DNA of 64,000 nucleotides from an uncultured Pseudomonadota bacterium (lineage in GTDB: Bacteria; Myxococcota_A; Polyangia; Fen-1088): positions 1-64,000 of the forward strand of contig CAWKBC010000025.1 in NCBI GenBank assembly GCA_963847705.1, given 5' to 3'. A program made the position numbers and the translations under genes. The first letter of the stretch is position 1, and the number at the start of each line of letters is the position of its first letter. A model generated the notes under the pieces. It saw only the letters and a program-made list of their open reading frames with translations, had not been told where the DNA came from and ran no database searches. Below are positions 40,648 through 51,100 of this stretch, piece after piece.

Positions 40648-42138
40648 ATGAGCGCACGTTCGTCTCTCGGACTCCGGGCGGCGGCGCTGCCGCGCGCCCG
40701 TCTGTTCGGGCTGGCGCTGCTCGCCGCCGGGGCGCCGATCTTCTGGAGCGGCGCTGCCCGCGCCGACGGCGCCTTCCCCAACTCGCTCAGCATCCTGACG
40801 CCCGCCCAGCTGCCGAACGAGACGCTGCTGGCCACCAACTTCGGCCTGGTGATGTCGTTCGACCACGATCAGACCTGGATCTGGTCGTGCGAGCAGCCGC
40901 TGAACAGCTTCGCGACGCTCTACCAGATGGGGCCGCCGCCGCTCAATCGCATCTACGCCGTCTCGCCGACCAGCCTCATCACCACCGACGACAGCTCCTG
41001 CACCTGGAACAGCTCCGCCAGCGGCGCGGTCGACGCCTTCGTCGACCCGACCAACCAGAACCGCGTGCTGGCGGTGGTCGCCAAGAGCGCCGACGCCGGC
41101 AGCGTCTACTCGGTGGTCGAATCGGCGGACGCCGGCACCAGCTTCCCCCAGCTCCGCTACACGGCGGTGGCCGGAGACCACATCACCGGCGTCGAGATCG
41201 CCCGCTCGGACCCGCAGACGGTCTACCTGACGCTCACCAGCGGCACGGCGTACGCGCCGAAGGTGGCGGTGACCAGCAACGGCGGCACCAGCTGGACGCT
41301 CCACGACCTCAGCACCACGCTGCCCGCAGGCACCTACAGCATCCGGCTGGTCGCCATCGATCCGACCGACCCCAAGCGGTTGATCCTCCGCGTGGGCAGC
41401 AGTGCAGGCGAGGCGCTGGCGATCAGCACCGACGGCGGCGCCTCGGCCGCCACGCCGCTCACCTTCCCCGGCGGGGTCTTCACCGCGTTCGCGCGCATGC
41501 CGAGCGGCTCGCTCATCGCAGGCGGCGTCGTCGGGACCACCAACGTCGGGTACCGCTCGACCGACGACGGCGTGTCGTTCCCGGCGCTGCCGGCGGTGCC
41601 GTTCACGTTCAAGGCGATGTCGGCCCGCGGGACGACGCTCTACGCCGCCCTGGACAACATGAGCGACGCCTTCGCGATCGAGACCTCGCCGGACGAAGGG
41701 ATGACCTGGCAGCCGTTGATGCGCTTCAACAAGGACGTCGACGGCGGCGCCACCGGCTACCTCCAGGCGATCCAGACCTGCCTGATGTCCTTCTGCCAGC
41801 CCGACTGCGAGACCCGCTCCAGCGCGGAGCTCTTCTCCGAGGACGTCTGCTCGGCGGCCGTCATCCCCGATCCGCTCGACGCGGGCGGGACCGGCGGGGC
41901 GCCCGGTAGCGGTACAGGCGGCGCCAACGGCAAAGGTGGCGCCAACGGCACGGGCAGCAGCGGAAGCGGCGGGAGAACGACCTCCGACGGCGGGTCCCCC
42001 GACGCGCCTGGCGGTACGTCCTCCGGCAGCGGCTGCGGCCACTGCGCTCTCGAGCCCGAGCCGGCCGCCGGGTCGCTCTCCCTCAGCGCGCTCCTCGGCA
42101 TGGTGGTCTTTCTCGGCCTCCGGCGACGGCGCCGCTAA
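40648..42138 (+). CDS. BNR/Asp-box beta-propeller surface protein with MYXO-CTERM
   Basis: ADGAFP, ATNFGL, repeated SxDxGxSF/W (SADAGTSF, SNGGTSW, STDDGVSF, SPDEGMTW); GCGHC-TM-RRRRR. Confidence 0.8.
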   Translation: MSARSSLGLRAAALPRARLFGLALLAAGAPIFWSGAARADGAFPNSLSILTPAQLPNETLLATNFGLVMSFDHDQTWIWSCEQPLNSFATLYQMGPPPLNRIYAVSPTSLITTDDSSCTWNSSASGAVDAFVDPTNQNRVLAVVAKSADAGSVYSVVESADAGTSFPQLRYTAVAGDHITGVEIARSDPQTVYLTLTSGTAYAPKVAVTSNGGTSWTLHDLSTTLPAGTYSIRLVAIDPTDPKRLILRVGSSAGEALAISTDGGASAATPLTFPGGVFTAFARMPSGSLIAGGVVGTTNVGYRSTDDGVSFPALPAVPFTFKAMSARGTTLYAALDNMSDAFAIETSPDEGMTWQPLMRFNKDVDGGATGYLQAIQTCLMSFCQPDCETRSSAELFSEDVCSAAVIPDPLDAGGTGGAPGSGTGGANGKGGANGTGSSGSGGRTTSDGGSPDAPGGTSSGSGCGHCALEPEPAAGSLSLSALLGMVVFLGLRRRRR

Positions 42139-42149
42139 AATGCGGGGAA

Positions 42150-42659
42150 GTGCCTCGCCCCACCCCCCTTTGCGCCGCTCTGCTCGCCGCCGTCGGCCTG
42201 CTGCTCGCAGGCCCCGGCCGGGCAGGTGCAGCCGGGGCCTGCGGCGCGGCTGACGCGCGGATCGTCGTCGAGACCGGCGCCCACCGGCTGGTGCTCTGCG
42301 AACGCGAGCGCGAGGTCGCCACCTTCTCCGTCCGCCTCGGACGCGGCGGCGTCGGCAAGACGGCCGAGGGGGACGGCAAGACGCCGCTCGGCACCTACCC
42401 GCTCGGCGAGCCGAGGAAGTCCGACCGCTACGGCACCTTCATCCCGATCGGCTACCCCACCCCGGACCAGCGGCGGCGCGGCTTCACCGGCGGCGACGTC
42501 GGCGTCCACGGCCCACACCGCTGGGTCCGCTGGCTCGGCTCGCTGGTCAACAGCTTCGACTCCTCCAACGGCTGCGTCGGCCTCGCCACCGACGGCGAGA
42601 TGGCGACCATCGCCACCTGGGTCCGAACCGCTCACGCCCAGACGGTCGAGCTTCGCTAG
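42150..42659 (+). CDS. L,D-transpeptidase (YkuD family)
   Basis: KTAEGDGKTPLGTY, IGYP, GGDVGVHG...SSNGCVGL. Confidence 0.9.
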   Translation: MPRPTPLCAALLAAVGLLLAGPGRAGAAGACGAADARIVVETGAHRLVLCEREREVATFSVRLGRGGVGKTAEGDGKTPLGTYPLGEPRKSDRYGTFIPIGYPTPDQRRRGFTGGDVGVHGPHRWVRWLGSLVNSFDSSNGCVGLATDGEMATIATWVRTAHAQTVELR

Positions 42660-42786
42660 CACCCTTCAGCGCCTCTTCTGGCCGTTCCTGGGTCCGCACC
42701 TTTTCCGGACCCGGGCCGAAGATGTGCCAAATTGAGCCACGAACTGGAAGATCGGCCGCGACTAGATGTAGCGTCTAAGCCCAAAC

Positions 42787-43653
42787 ATGATCTCGATGCG
42801 TGGCTTAGGGATGCTCTGCGCAGCGACCTTCGTGGCGGCCCTCGTGCCGGCCGCGGGTCTCGCGGCGCCAGGGGAAGCGGCGCGGCCGCGGGTGGTGGTG
42901 GTGAACGCGGTCGACCTGCCGGACAGCCTGGCCGACATCCGCGCCCAGCTGCGCACGACATTGAACGACGCGGTCACCAAGCACGGCTACGACCTGGCGC
43001 CCGAGGCCGGGTCGTGCGCCGATCGCGAATGCCTGAAGGTCGCTGCGGTGAGCGCGGGCGCCAGTGACGTCCTGGTCGCCACCGGCGGCCGCAACGACAT
43101 GCGCGGCTACCACGTCGAGCTGCGGATCTGGAACATCGCCAGCGACCGCGAAGACAACGCCGTCGCCGAGTGCAACATCTGCGCGGCCCAGCAGATGGTC
43201 GACAACGTCCAGAACGCCGCCGACCCCCTGCTCGACCGCGTCCCCACCCTGCACGCCAACCTCTCGGCGACCGCGGTCCCGTCCGTCGCGGTCGAGCCCG
43301 CCCCAGGAACGGTTCCCCTCCTCGAAACCCCCGCCCCAACGCCAGAGCACAAAAAGCACCGCTGGCTCGGCTGGACGCTGATCGGCGCGGGCGTCGCGGC
43401 AGGAGCGGTGAGCGGGGTCTTGATCGCCATCAATGGAAACAACATCGACAACTGCATGACGGGCCTGCCGGCGGATATCTCCCCATGCGCGCACCAGCGG
43501 ACGACGCTGGTCCCAGGGATCATCACCGCCGGAATCTCCGCCGCGGCGATCGTCGGCGGCGTCGTCTATCTTCTCCACGGCAGCGAGGACCACCCCGGCG
43601 GCGTGGCCCTCACGATTCAACCGTTCGGTCTGACTCTGGGAGGTCGCCTGTGA
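42787..43653 (+). CDS. Secreted/membrane hypothetical protein
   Basis: Signal peptide, CADREC and CNIC pairs, two hydrophobic segments, ends GLTLGGRL; GTGA-coupled to the next gene. Confidence 0.75.
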   Translation: MISMRGLGMLCAATFVAALVPAAGLAAPGEAARPRVVVVNAVDLPDSLADIRAQLRTTLNDAVTKHGYDLAPEAGSCADRECLKVAAVSAGASDVLVATGGRNDMRGYHVELRIWNIASDREDNAVAECNICAAQQMVDNVQNAADPLLDRVPTLHANLSATAVPSVAVEPAPGTVPLLETPAPTPEHKKHRWLGWTLIGAGVAAGAVSGVLIAINGNNIDNCMTGLPADISPCAHQRTTLVPGIITAGISAAAIVGGVVYLLHGSEDHPGGVALTIQPFGLTLGGRL

Positions 43654-45206
43654 GCGCTCGTTGGCTGTGTGGTCTAGCTCTGCTCGCAACCGCAGCCTTC
43701 GGTTGCACGAAGCTCAACCCAGGCCGCTGCGATCAGTCGAGTGACTGCAGCACGGGACATTGCAACCTCAAGAACAACCTATGCGAGGTTGACGGTGGGG
43801 TTGGTGGCCGCGGCGGCGTCGGCGGATTCGGAGGAGCGGCCGGCGCCAAGGGCACGGGCGGCACGCCTTTCGCCTGCCCCAATTCCACATGCACCGGGAA
43901 GACCCCCATCTGCGACGTGGATGCCGGGAGCTGCCGCGCTTGCAACAGGGCGACGATCGGCGCTTGCGGCAGCCCGGATGGCGGTTCGCCAGTCTGCGTG
44001 CCGGGCGACGCCGGCTCGCTGGCCGGAATGTGCGTTGGTTGCCTGGCGAACAGCGACTGCAAGACGCCCCAGGCCCCCATCTGCAACACCTCCACGGGAA
44101 CCTGCCAGGCATGCGCGGATTCCAACGCGTGCGCGACGAAGGATCCGACCAAGCCCGTCTGCGTGACGATCGCGACCGCCACCTTGGAGAAGGGGACGTG
44201 CGTCGGCTGCCTCGCGAACAGCGACTGCAGCGCCACCTCCCAGGCCCCCATCTGCAACACCTCCACGGGAACCTGCCAGGCATGCGCGGATTCGAGCGCG
44301 TGCGCGACGAAGGATCCAAACAAGCCCGTCTGCGTGACGACCGCGACCACCACTTTGATGAAGGGGACGTGCGTGGTCTGCGTAAGCAACAGCGACTGCA
44401 CCACGCCGACTGCGCCGATTTGCAGCCAGTCCTCGAACACCTGCGTTCCCTGCGGCCCGGACTCGGACTGCACCGGAGGCCCGGGGGTCTGCATGACCGA
44501 CGGCCACTGTGCGACCGACTCCGAGTCGATCTACGTTCAGAACAACACGACGAGCTGCACGACCACTGCTTCCAGTTCGGGCGGGACCAAGACACAGCCG
44601 TTCTGCTCGATGGAGCCGGTGGCAACCGCCCTCGCCCCGGGACGCGATCTGGTCGTCGTCAATGGAACCAGCGGGACGATCACCGGGGGAAGCTGGACCT
44701 ACGCCAACCAGGTCGGCGCGCAGCTCTCGATCGTCGGCAAACAGAACCCCACGATCGGAAGCGTTTCGATTCCCGCCTTCGGCATGCAGTCGGGGACGGT
44801 CAACATTCGCTCAGTGACTTTCCAGTCCTTGTCGTCGATGGGAATCAGCGCCTCCGGCGGCACACTGGATCTCGAATACGTCACAGTGACCAGCTGTGGG
44901 GGCGGCGGAATTCTATTGAGCAATGCCGCTTTCGACATCGAGAACACGACCGTCAAGAACAACGGTCCGAGCTCCGACTTGACCTGGGGGGGGATTAAAG
45001 TTCAATCGTTGCCGGCCAGTGGCCCGGCCAAGTTCAACCTGGTCACGATCACCGGAAACACCCCATCAGGAATCTCTTGCGCTTCCGGCGCGGCACCGAT
45101 GGGCACCGGGGTGTTGGCTTCGGGGAATGGTTCTGGCGACATCAGCGGGACCTGCAACATCACGGCGTGCACGCCGGCGACTGCGACGTGTGGGTCCCAG
45201 CAATGA
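43650..45206 (+). CDS. Cys-rich repeat lipoprotein with C-terminal beta-helix
   Basis: GTG start, lipobox AFGC, CVGCLANSDC..PIC repeats, GGGILL..FDIENT..GGI beta-helix-like region. Confidence 0.8.
   Translation: MSARWLCGLALLATAAFGCTKLNPGRCDQSSDCSTGHCNLKNNLCEVDGGVGGRGGVGGFGGAAGAKGTGGTPFACPNSTCTGKTPICDVDAGSCRACNRATIGACGSPDGGSPVCVPGDAGSLAGMCVGCLANSDCKTPQAPICNTSTGTCQACADSNACATKDPTKPVCVTIATATLEKGTCVGCLANSDCSATSQAPICNTSTGTCQACADSSACATKDPNKPVCVTTATTTLMKGTCVVCVSNSDCTTPTAPICSQSSNTCVPCGPDSDCTGGPGVCMTDGHCATDSESIYVQNNTTSCTTTASSSGGTKTQPFCSMEPVATALAPGRDLVVVNGTSGTITGGSWTYANQVGAQLSIVGKQNPTIGSVSIPAFGMQSGTVNIRSVTFQSLSSMGISASGGTLDLEYVTVTSCGGGGILLSNAAFDIENTTVKNNGPSSDLTWGGIKVQSLPASGPAKFNLVTITGNTPSGISCASGAAPMGTGVLASGNGSGDISGTCNITACTPATATCGSQQ
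44030..44400 (+). repeat. Intragenic tandem duplication, ~168-171 bp x 2.2
   Basis: CCCAGGCCCCCATCTGCAACACCTCCACGGGAACCTGCCAGGCATGCGCGGATTC occurs twice identically. Confidence 0.9.
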
Positions 45207-45230
45207 GACTCGCCGCCAGGGGAATCTGCC

Positions 45231-47072
45231 GTGAGTGACGAACACGACTACATTCAGTTTGGTCCCTACCTGATCGTGCGCCTCTCGGGCGCCGGCGGGA
45301 TGGGGCGGGTCGAGGTGGCGTTGCGGACGGACGGAGAGGATCCCAACGTCTGTGTGATCAAGCGGCTGCACGGGGCGCTGCACGACGAGGAGCAGGAGGC
45401 GCGGTTCCGGCGGGAGGCGCAGATTGCGGCGCGGCTCGAGCACGAGAACATCGCGCGCACGCTGCGCATCGAGAAGATCGAGGGCGAGCTGTGCATCGTG
45501 CAGGAGCTCATCGAAGGGGTGAACCTGGGGAAGGTCATGCGGCAGCTGGGGGTGCGGCCCTTGCCCATCGTCGTCGCGGTTCACGTGGTGAGCGCGGTCG
45601 CCCGCGCGCTCGCGCATGCGCACGGGTTTGGCCGCCTGGGAATCGTGCACCGCGACGTGACGCCCGAGAACGTCATGTTGTCTTTCGCCGGGGACGTGAA
45701 GCTGATCGATTTCGGGACGGCCCGCTCCGCGGTCGACGCGCGGCTGACGGACACAGGTGTGGTCGTCGGGCGGCGCAGCTACGTCCCCCCCGAGGCCTGG
45801 GAAGGGGAGAGGGTCGACCACCGCGCCGATGTTTACGCCCTCGGCGTGGTGCTGTGGGAGGTGCTGACCGGCCGCCGTGCCGAGGAGGCGCCCGACGCGT
45901 CGCTCCCCGACGCCTCGACGCTCAACCCGGAGGTCACGCTGTTGCTGGGCCAGGTTGTCTCGCGCGCGATGGCGCCGGCGCCCGAGGATCGCTACCAGTC
46001 GGCGGACGAGGTCGCCGCGGCGCTGGCGGCGTTCATCCCGCCAGAGACCGACCCGAGGCGCGATCTGGCCGATCTGCTGGGGCTCTGCTTCAACGTCACG
46101 CTTCAGAAGCAGCTTTTGGCGGATGACATCGCCGAGGCGAAGCGGTTCCTTTACGACGGACATGTCGTCACTCTCCCTTTGCCGGCCCTGTCCGAGCTTT
46201 CGGAACCGCAAGACGTCGAGGAGATCGTGCCGGTGCTCGAGCCGGCGATGCCCGCCGATGCGACGGTGCGGACCGTCCCGGTGGCGAACGCCCCGACAGC
46301 GACCGTGCCGAACGCCCCGGTGGCGTACGCCCCGACAGCGACCGTGCCGAATATCCCGGTGGCGAACGCCCCGGTGGCGACGGTGGCGAATGCCCCGGTG
46401 GCGAACGCCCCGGCGGCGACGGTGGCGAATGCCCCGGTGGCGAACACCCCGACAGCGACGGTGCCGAATGCCCCGCGCGCGACGGACAGGCGACGCGCCA
46501 GCCCCGGTCCGTGGTTGGCTGCCGGCGTGGCCGCCATCGTGGCGACCTCCGGGATCGGGCTCCTTCGCACGCACGGCCGGTCGGCGCGGTCGCGCGCCTC
46601 GGCGGCGTCGATGATCGTGGCGCCACCGGTCGTGGCGCCGCCGGTCGTGGCGCCGCCGCTGCCCGAAGCCCCCGCGGCGATCGCGGCCAGGCCGGCGGAG
46701 CTCGAGGCCCCCGTTCCCACAACCGACGGTGCACGCCCGGTCGTCGGCCCTGCGCCCGATGCGTCCCATGCGGTCCATTCAATCGACCGGCCGCCGCACA
46801 ACGCCCCCGCAGACAAGTTGCTCCGCCAAGCCAACGATCTGTGGGAGCGCGGAAACACGCCCCGGGCCTACGCCCTGGCGCGCCAGGCCGTGGCGGCCGG
46901 CGCAGGGGCACCCGCGCACGTCCTGCTGGGTGCGCTGCTCATCAACATGAAGAACTACGCCGCGGCGGAGCCGGAGCTGGCCACCGCCGCCCGTCTCGAT
47001 CCCCGCAACGCCGAGGCGCGCAGAATGTTGGCGCTCCTCGATCGCACCGCCGCCGAGCATCAGGGAAAATAA
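45231..47072 (+). CDS. Membrane Ser/Thr protein kinase with C-terminal TPR
   Basis: GAGGMG, VIK, HRDVTPEN, DFG, YVPPE; TM segment; TPR AHVLLGALL..LDPRNAEA. Confidence 0.92.
   Translation: MSDEHDYIQFGPYLIVRLSGAGGMGRVEVALRTDGEDPNVCVIKRLHGALHDEEQEARFRREAQIAARLEHENIARTLRIEKIEGELCIVQELIEGVNLGKVMRQLGVRPLPIVVAVHVVSAVARALAHAHGFGRLGIVHRDVTPENVMLSFAGDVKLIDFGTARSAVDARLTDTGVVVGRRSYVPPEAWEGERVDHRADVYALGVVLWEVLTGRRAEEAPDASLPDASTLNPEVTLLLGQVVSRAMAPAPEDRYQSADEVAAALAAFIPPETDPRRDLADLLGLCFNVTLQKQLLADDIAEAKRFLYDGHVVTLPLPALSELSEPQDVEEIVPVLEPAMPADATVRTVPVANAPTATVPNAPVAYAPTATVPNIPVANAPVATVANAPVANAPAATVANAPVANTPTATVPNAPRATDRRRASPGPWLAAGVAAIVATSGIGLLRTHGRSARSRASAASMIVAPPVVAPPVVAPPLPEAPAAIAARPAELEAPVPTTDGARPVVGPAPDASHAVHSIDRPPHNAPADKLLRQANDLWERGNTPRAYALARQAVAAGAGAPAHVLLGALLINMKNYAAAEPELATAARLDPRNAEARRMLALLDRTAAEHQGK
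46276..46474 (+). repeat. Intragenic tandem repeat encoding (VANAP/TATVPNAP)n
   Basis: About five ~39 bp units such as CCCGGTGGCGAACGCCCCGACAGCGACCGTGCCGAACGC. Confidence 0.85.
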
Positions 47073-47126
47073 TCCCTACGTTCGTTCGTCGGCGTCGTTA
47101 GTTTAAGGAACGCCCGCACAGCGACG

Positions 47127-47993
47127 ATGGCCGATTCCCTGATCAAAGGCGTCTCCGACACGGCGTTCATGGTGGCGGCCTGGCGGGCCGCCGAATCGGA
47201 ACGGCCGGACGCGCTGTTTCACGATCCATTCGCCGCGCGGCTGGCGGGCGCGCACGGCCGGGCGATCGTCGCCAGCCTGCGCGGCTTCCTGGGCGGCTGG
47301 CAGGTGGTGATCCGGACCCTGATCATCGACGACCTGATTCAGAAAGCCATCGTCGCGGGGGTCGACACCGTCGTGAATCTGGGCGCCGGGCTCGACGCAC
47401 GGCCGTATCGCCTGGCGCTGCCCGAGTCGCTGCGTTGGATCGAAGTCGACTATCCACCGGTCATCGATTGGAAGGCCGACAAGCTGGCCAGCGATCGCCC
47501 GCGTTGTCGCCTCGACCGCCTCAAGCTCGACCTCGCCGATCTGACCGCGCGCCGCGCGCTGCTCGCCGATCTCGGCGCCTCGTCGAAGAAGATGCTGATC
47601 CTGACCGAGGGCGTGCTCCCCTACCTGACGACCGACGCTGTTGGCGCGTTGGCCGAGGATCTCAAGACGATCCGCGGCGTCTCCTGGATCGTCGACTACT
47701 TCTCGCCCGAGACGATGCGCTATCGCAAACTGATCGGCGTCAGCCGGCAGATGCGCGCGGCGCCTTTTCAATTCGAGCCAGGGGATTGGTTTGCGTTCTT
47801 CGCCCAGCACGGATGGAAGGTGGCCGAGATGCGCTATCTCGCCGACGAGGCGGTCCGCCGCGGGAGGCGGATGCCGCTGCCGTTCTTCGTGAGGTTGGTG
47901 GTGAAGTCCCGCCGGCTGCTCTCTCGCGGAAAGGGCGACGGACTGCAGAGATCGGCCGGCTATGCTCTGCTGAAGCCGACCGACGGCGCGTAA
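47127..47993 (+). CDS. SAM-dependent methyltransferase (leucine carboxyl methyltransferase-like family)
   Basis: TAFMVAAWRA, FHDPFA, VVNLGAGLDARPYRL, WIEVDYP, EGVLPYL. Confidence 0.92.
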   Translation: MADSLIKGVSDTAFMVAAWRAAESERPDALFHDPFAARLAGAHGRAIVASLRGFLGGWQVVIRTLIIDDLIQKAIVAGVDTVVNLGAGLDARPYRLALPESLRWIEVDYPPVIDWKADKLASDRPRCRLDRLKLDLADLTARRALLADLGASSKKMLILTEGVLPYLTTDAVGALAEDLKTIRGVSWIVDYFSPETMRYRKLIGVSRQMRAAPFQFEPGDWFAFFAQHGWKVAEMRYLADEAVRRGRRMPLPFFVRLVVKSRRLLSRGKGDGLQRSAGYALLKPTDGA

Positions 47994-48138
47994 ACGCCTC
48001 ACAACGGAAAACGGCTCAGCCAAACGAGCTGAAGTTTCACTTCGTGCAACGCTCGCCGGCGCATCCCATTGCGCAACGGGGCTAGGACCGCAGGCGATTT
48101 CGCGCTATGAACAACGAAAATCCGGCCGAGGTGTCCCG

Positions 48139-51100
48139 ATGGTCGAGATTCCCGACTCTCTCGTCGAGAGGCTCAAGGCGCGTCAGGTCGTTCTGGTCAC
48201 GGGTCTTGGTTGCAGCGAGCTGGCAGGCGCGCCGAGCTGGAAAACATTCATCGACTCGCTCGCCGATCGTCCGGTGTTCTCGGACGTGCGCGCGCAGATC
48301 GCCGGGCTCATCGCCGCCGGTCGGCTGGGCGACGCGCTGGCGCTGATCCGCGATCTGCTCCCACCGGCGCAGGTCGAGGAGGCGATCGAGCGGGCGTTCG
48401 CCGACGGAGCGCCGCTCCCCGACAGCGTCCGGCAGGCCGCTGATTTTCCCTGGCGCGCCGTGGTGACCACCGCCTTCGATGATCAGTGGGCGCGCGCGCT
48501 GGCGGCCGCGACGACCCGGCGCGATCCGCTGCGCGTCCTGGTCGGGATCGACGCCTCGGCGCGCGCACAGTTCGGCGGCCCCGACACGCCGCTCCTGCAC
48601 CTGTGCGGCCGGCGCGCGCTGCCCAAGAGCCTCTGCCTGGGTCCGGCCGACGCACGCCTCCGCCTCCTGCCCTCCGCCGGGATCGCCTGGCTCGAGCAGC
48701 TGCGGCGGCGGCGCTCGCTGGTGCTGATCGGGTTCCGCCCCACCGATCCCGATCTGGTGTGGCTCAGCTCCTGGCTCGCCGCGCATCCGGCGCAAGGCGG
48801 TGCCGGGCCTCACTATCTGTTCCTCGACCTCTCGGCGGAGGACGACCCGGACCGCGAGGCGATGGTCTGGGAGCTGCGCACCGGCCTCACGATCCTCCCC
48901 TGCCTCGAGGGGACCGGCGAGGCGATGGCGCGGCTGGCGATGATCGCCGGATCGATCGGCACCCAGCTCCCGTCCTCGGACAGCGACGTCGATCTGGCGG
49001 CCTTGCTCGACCGCTGGGCCCGCAACCCGGACGATCCCGAGCCGCGTCAGATCTTGGCCCGCGCCGAGGGGGCGCTGCGCGACGAAGAGCGCTGGGATCG
49101 CCTGGTCGAGCTCCTGCTTCGCCGCCTCGACCTGCAGGACGAGCCACGCCAGCAGATCGCGGCGCTCGGCGAGGTGGCGCGCCTGTTTCGCGATCGGCTC
49201 GATGCGCCGGAGCGAGCCCTCAAGGCGGAGATCGTCATGTTGCGCCTCCTGCCCACCGACGATGATCTCTGGGAACGGCTGCGCGCCGACGCGCGCGCGG
49301 GTGGCGCCTGGGGTGCCCTGTCGACCGAGGCCCGCTGGGTCGCCGAGATGGCGGGGGCCACACCGGCGGCGACCCGGATCTGGCGCGAGATCGCCCGCGT
49401 CGAGCGCGAGGAGCTGGATCGCCCGGACGACGCGCTCGCCGCGCTCGAGCAGGCGTTGCTGGCGACGCCCGGCCACCGCGAGGCGCGCGCGGAACAGGTC
49501 GCGCTCCTCCGCGCGCTCGGCCGCTGGGGTGAGCTGGTGGCCGCGTTGAAGGCGGCCGCGGCGGAGACCGACGAGCCGGAGCAGGCGATCGCTGGCCTCC
49601 TGGAGGCGGCCGAGATCCTCGAGGGTCCCGCCAACGATCCGGTCGGCGCCGCCCAGGCTTACGAGGCCACGCTGACGATCGCCCCCGAGCGCGAACAGGC
49701 CGCCGCCGCGCTCGAGCGGCTCTACGCCCGCGAGAAGCGCTGGGCCGATCTGGCCGCGCTGCTCGAGCGACGCGCCGACCGGCTGCCGGCGAGCGAGGCC
49801 TCCGCGCTGCGCCACCGGCGCGTCGACATCCTGGTCGACCATCTCGATGCCCTCGGCCAGGCGGCGGAGCAGCTGGAGGCGCTGGCGGCCGAGGGGGATC
49901 GCGGGGCGCTTCTCAAGCTCGAGCAGATCTACCGGCGTGCCGAGCGCCACGACGACTATCTCCAGATCTTGCGCCGGCTGGCCGATGCGGCCGGCAGCCA
50001 GCCGGAGCGGATCACCGCGCTGCGCCGCCTGGCCGCCGAGGGGGACGCGCTCCCCGACGGCGCGGAGCAGGCGGCGGACGCGCTGGACGAGATCCTGCGG
50101 CTCGACCCGCGCGACAGCGACGCGTTCGAGGCGCTCACCCGGCTCTGTCGCGCCCGCGGGCGTTTCGCCGCCCTGGCCGAGGCGCTCTCCCGTCGCCTGG
50201 AAGTGACCGAGACGGCGGAGGCGAAGCGAGAGCTGCTGGTGTCACTGGCCCAGATCTGCGAGACCGAGCTGGGGGATCCGGAGAGGGCGCTCGACGCCTA
50301 CGTCGCCGCAAGGAGCGCGGGCGATCGCCGCGAGGAGATTCACGAGGCCACGGCGCGCCTCGCCGAGCGTCTCGGCCGCTGGTCCGTTTGCGCGGAGGCG
50401 CTGGGGGCCTGGGCGGAGGCGTCGACCGAACCGGAGCTGCGGGCAGAGGTCCTGGTCGAAGCGGCGGGCGTGTTCGTCGAGCACCTGCATGACAGTCCCG
50501 CCGCCGAGGCGGCGCTGGAACGCGTGGCAGCGCTGGCGCCCGAGCACCCGCGGGCGCTCGCCATCCTCGGTCGGGTCCGGGAAGAGGGCGGCGGCTACGA
50601 GCAGGCCGTCGCGCTCTACGAGCGGGCGGCCAGCCAGGAGCCTGACCGCAGCGAGCAGTCGGCGCTGCTGACCCGCGCCGCCGTGGTGTTGATGGAGCAC
50701 GGCCAGGACGAAGATCGGGCCGCCGATCTGCTGGTGCGGGCGCTGGCGGCCGATCCGGGCCACCGGGACGCCAACCTGCGCCTGGTCGACGTCTACACCC
50801 GCCGCGAACAGTGGGCCGACGTCGAGGCGCTGCTCGACCGCGAGCTGGAGAGCGCGCGGACGCCGGGCGAGACGGAGAGGGACACCGAGCGCGTGGCCGC
50901 GTTGCAGACGCAGCTGGCGCGCGCCGCGCTGGCTCTGGGAAACGCGGAAAAGGCGCTCGCTTGCCTGGAGACCGCGCACCGGCTGCGGCCAGAGCTGCTG
51001 CCGATGCTGCGCACCTTCGCCGACCTTCGGTACGGGCGCGGCGAATGGAAGGAAGCGATCGTGCTCTACGAATCGCTGCTCGCGCTCCACCGGGAGGCAT

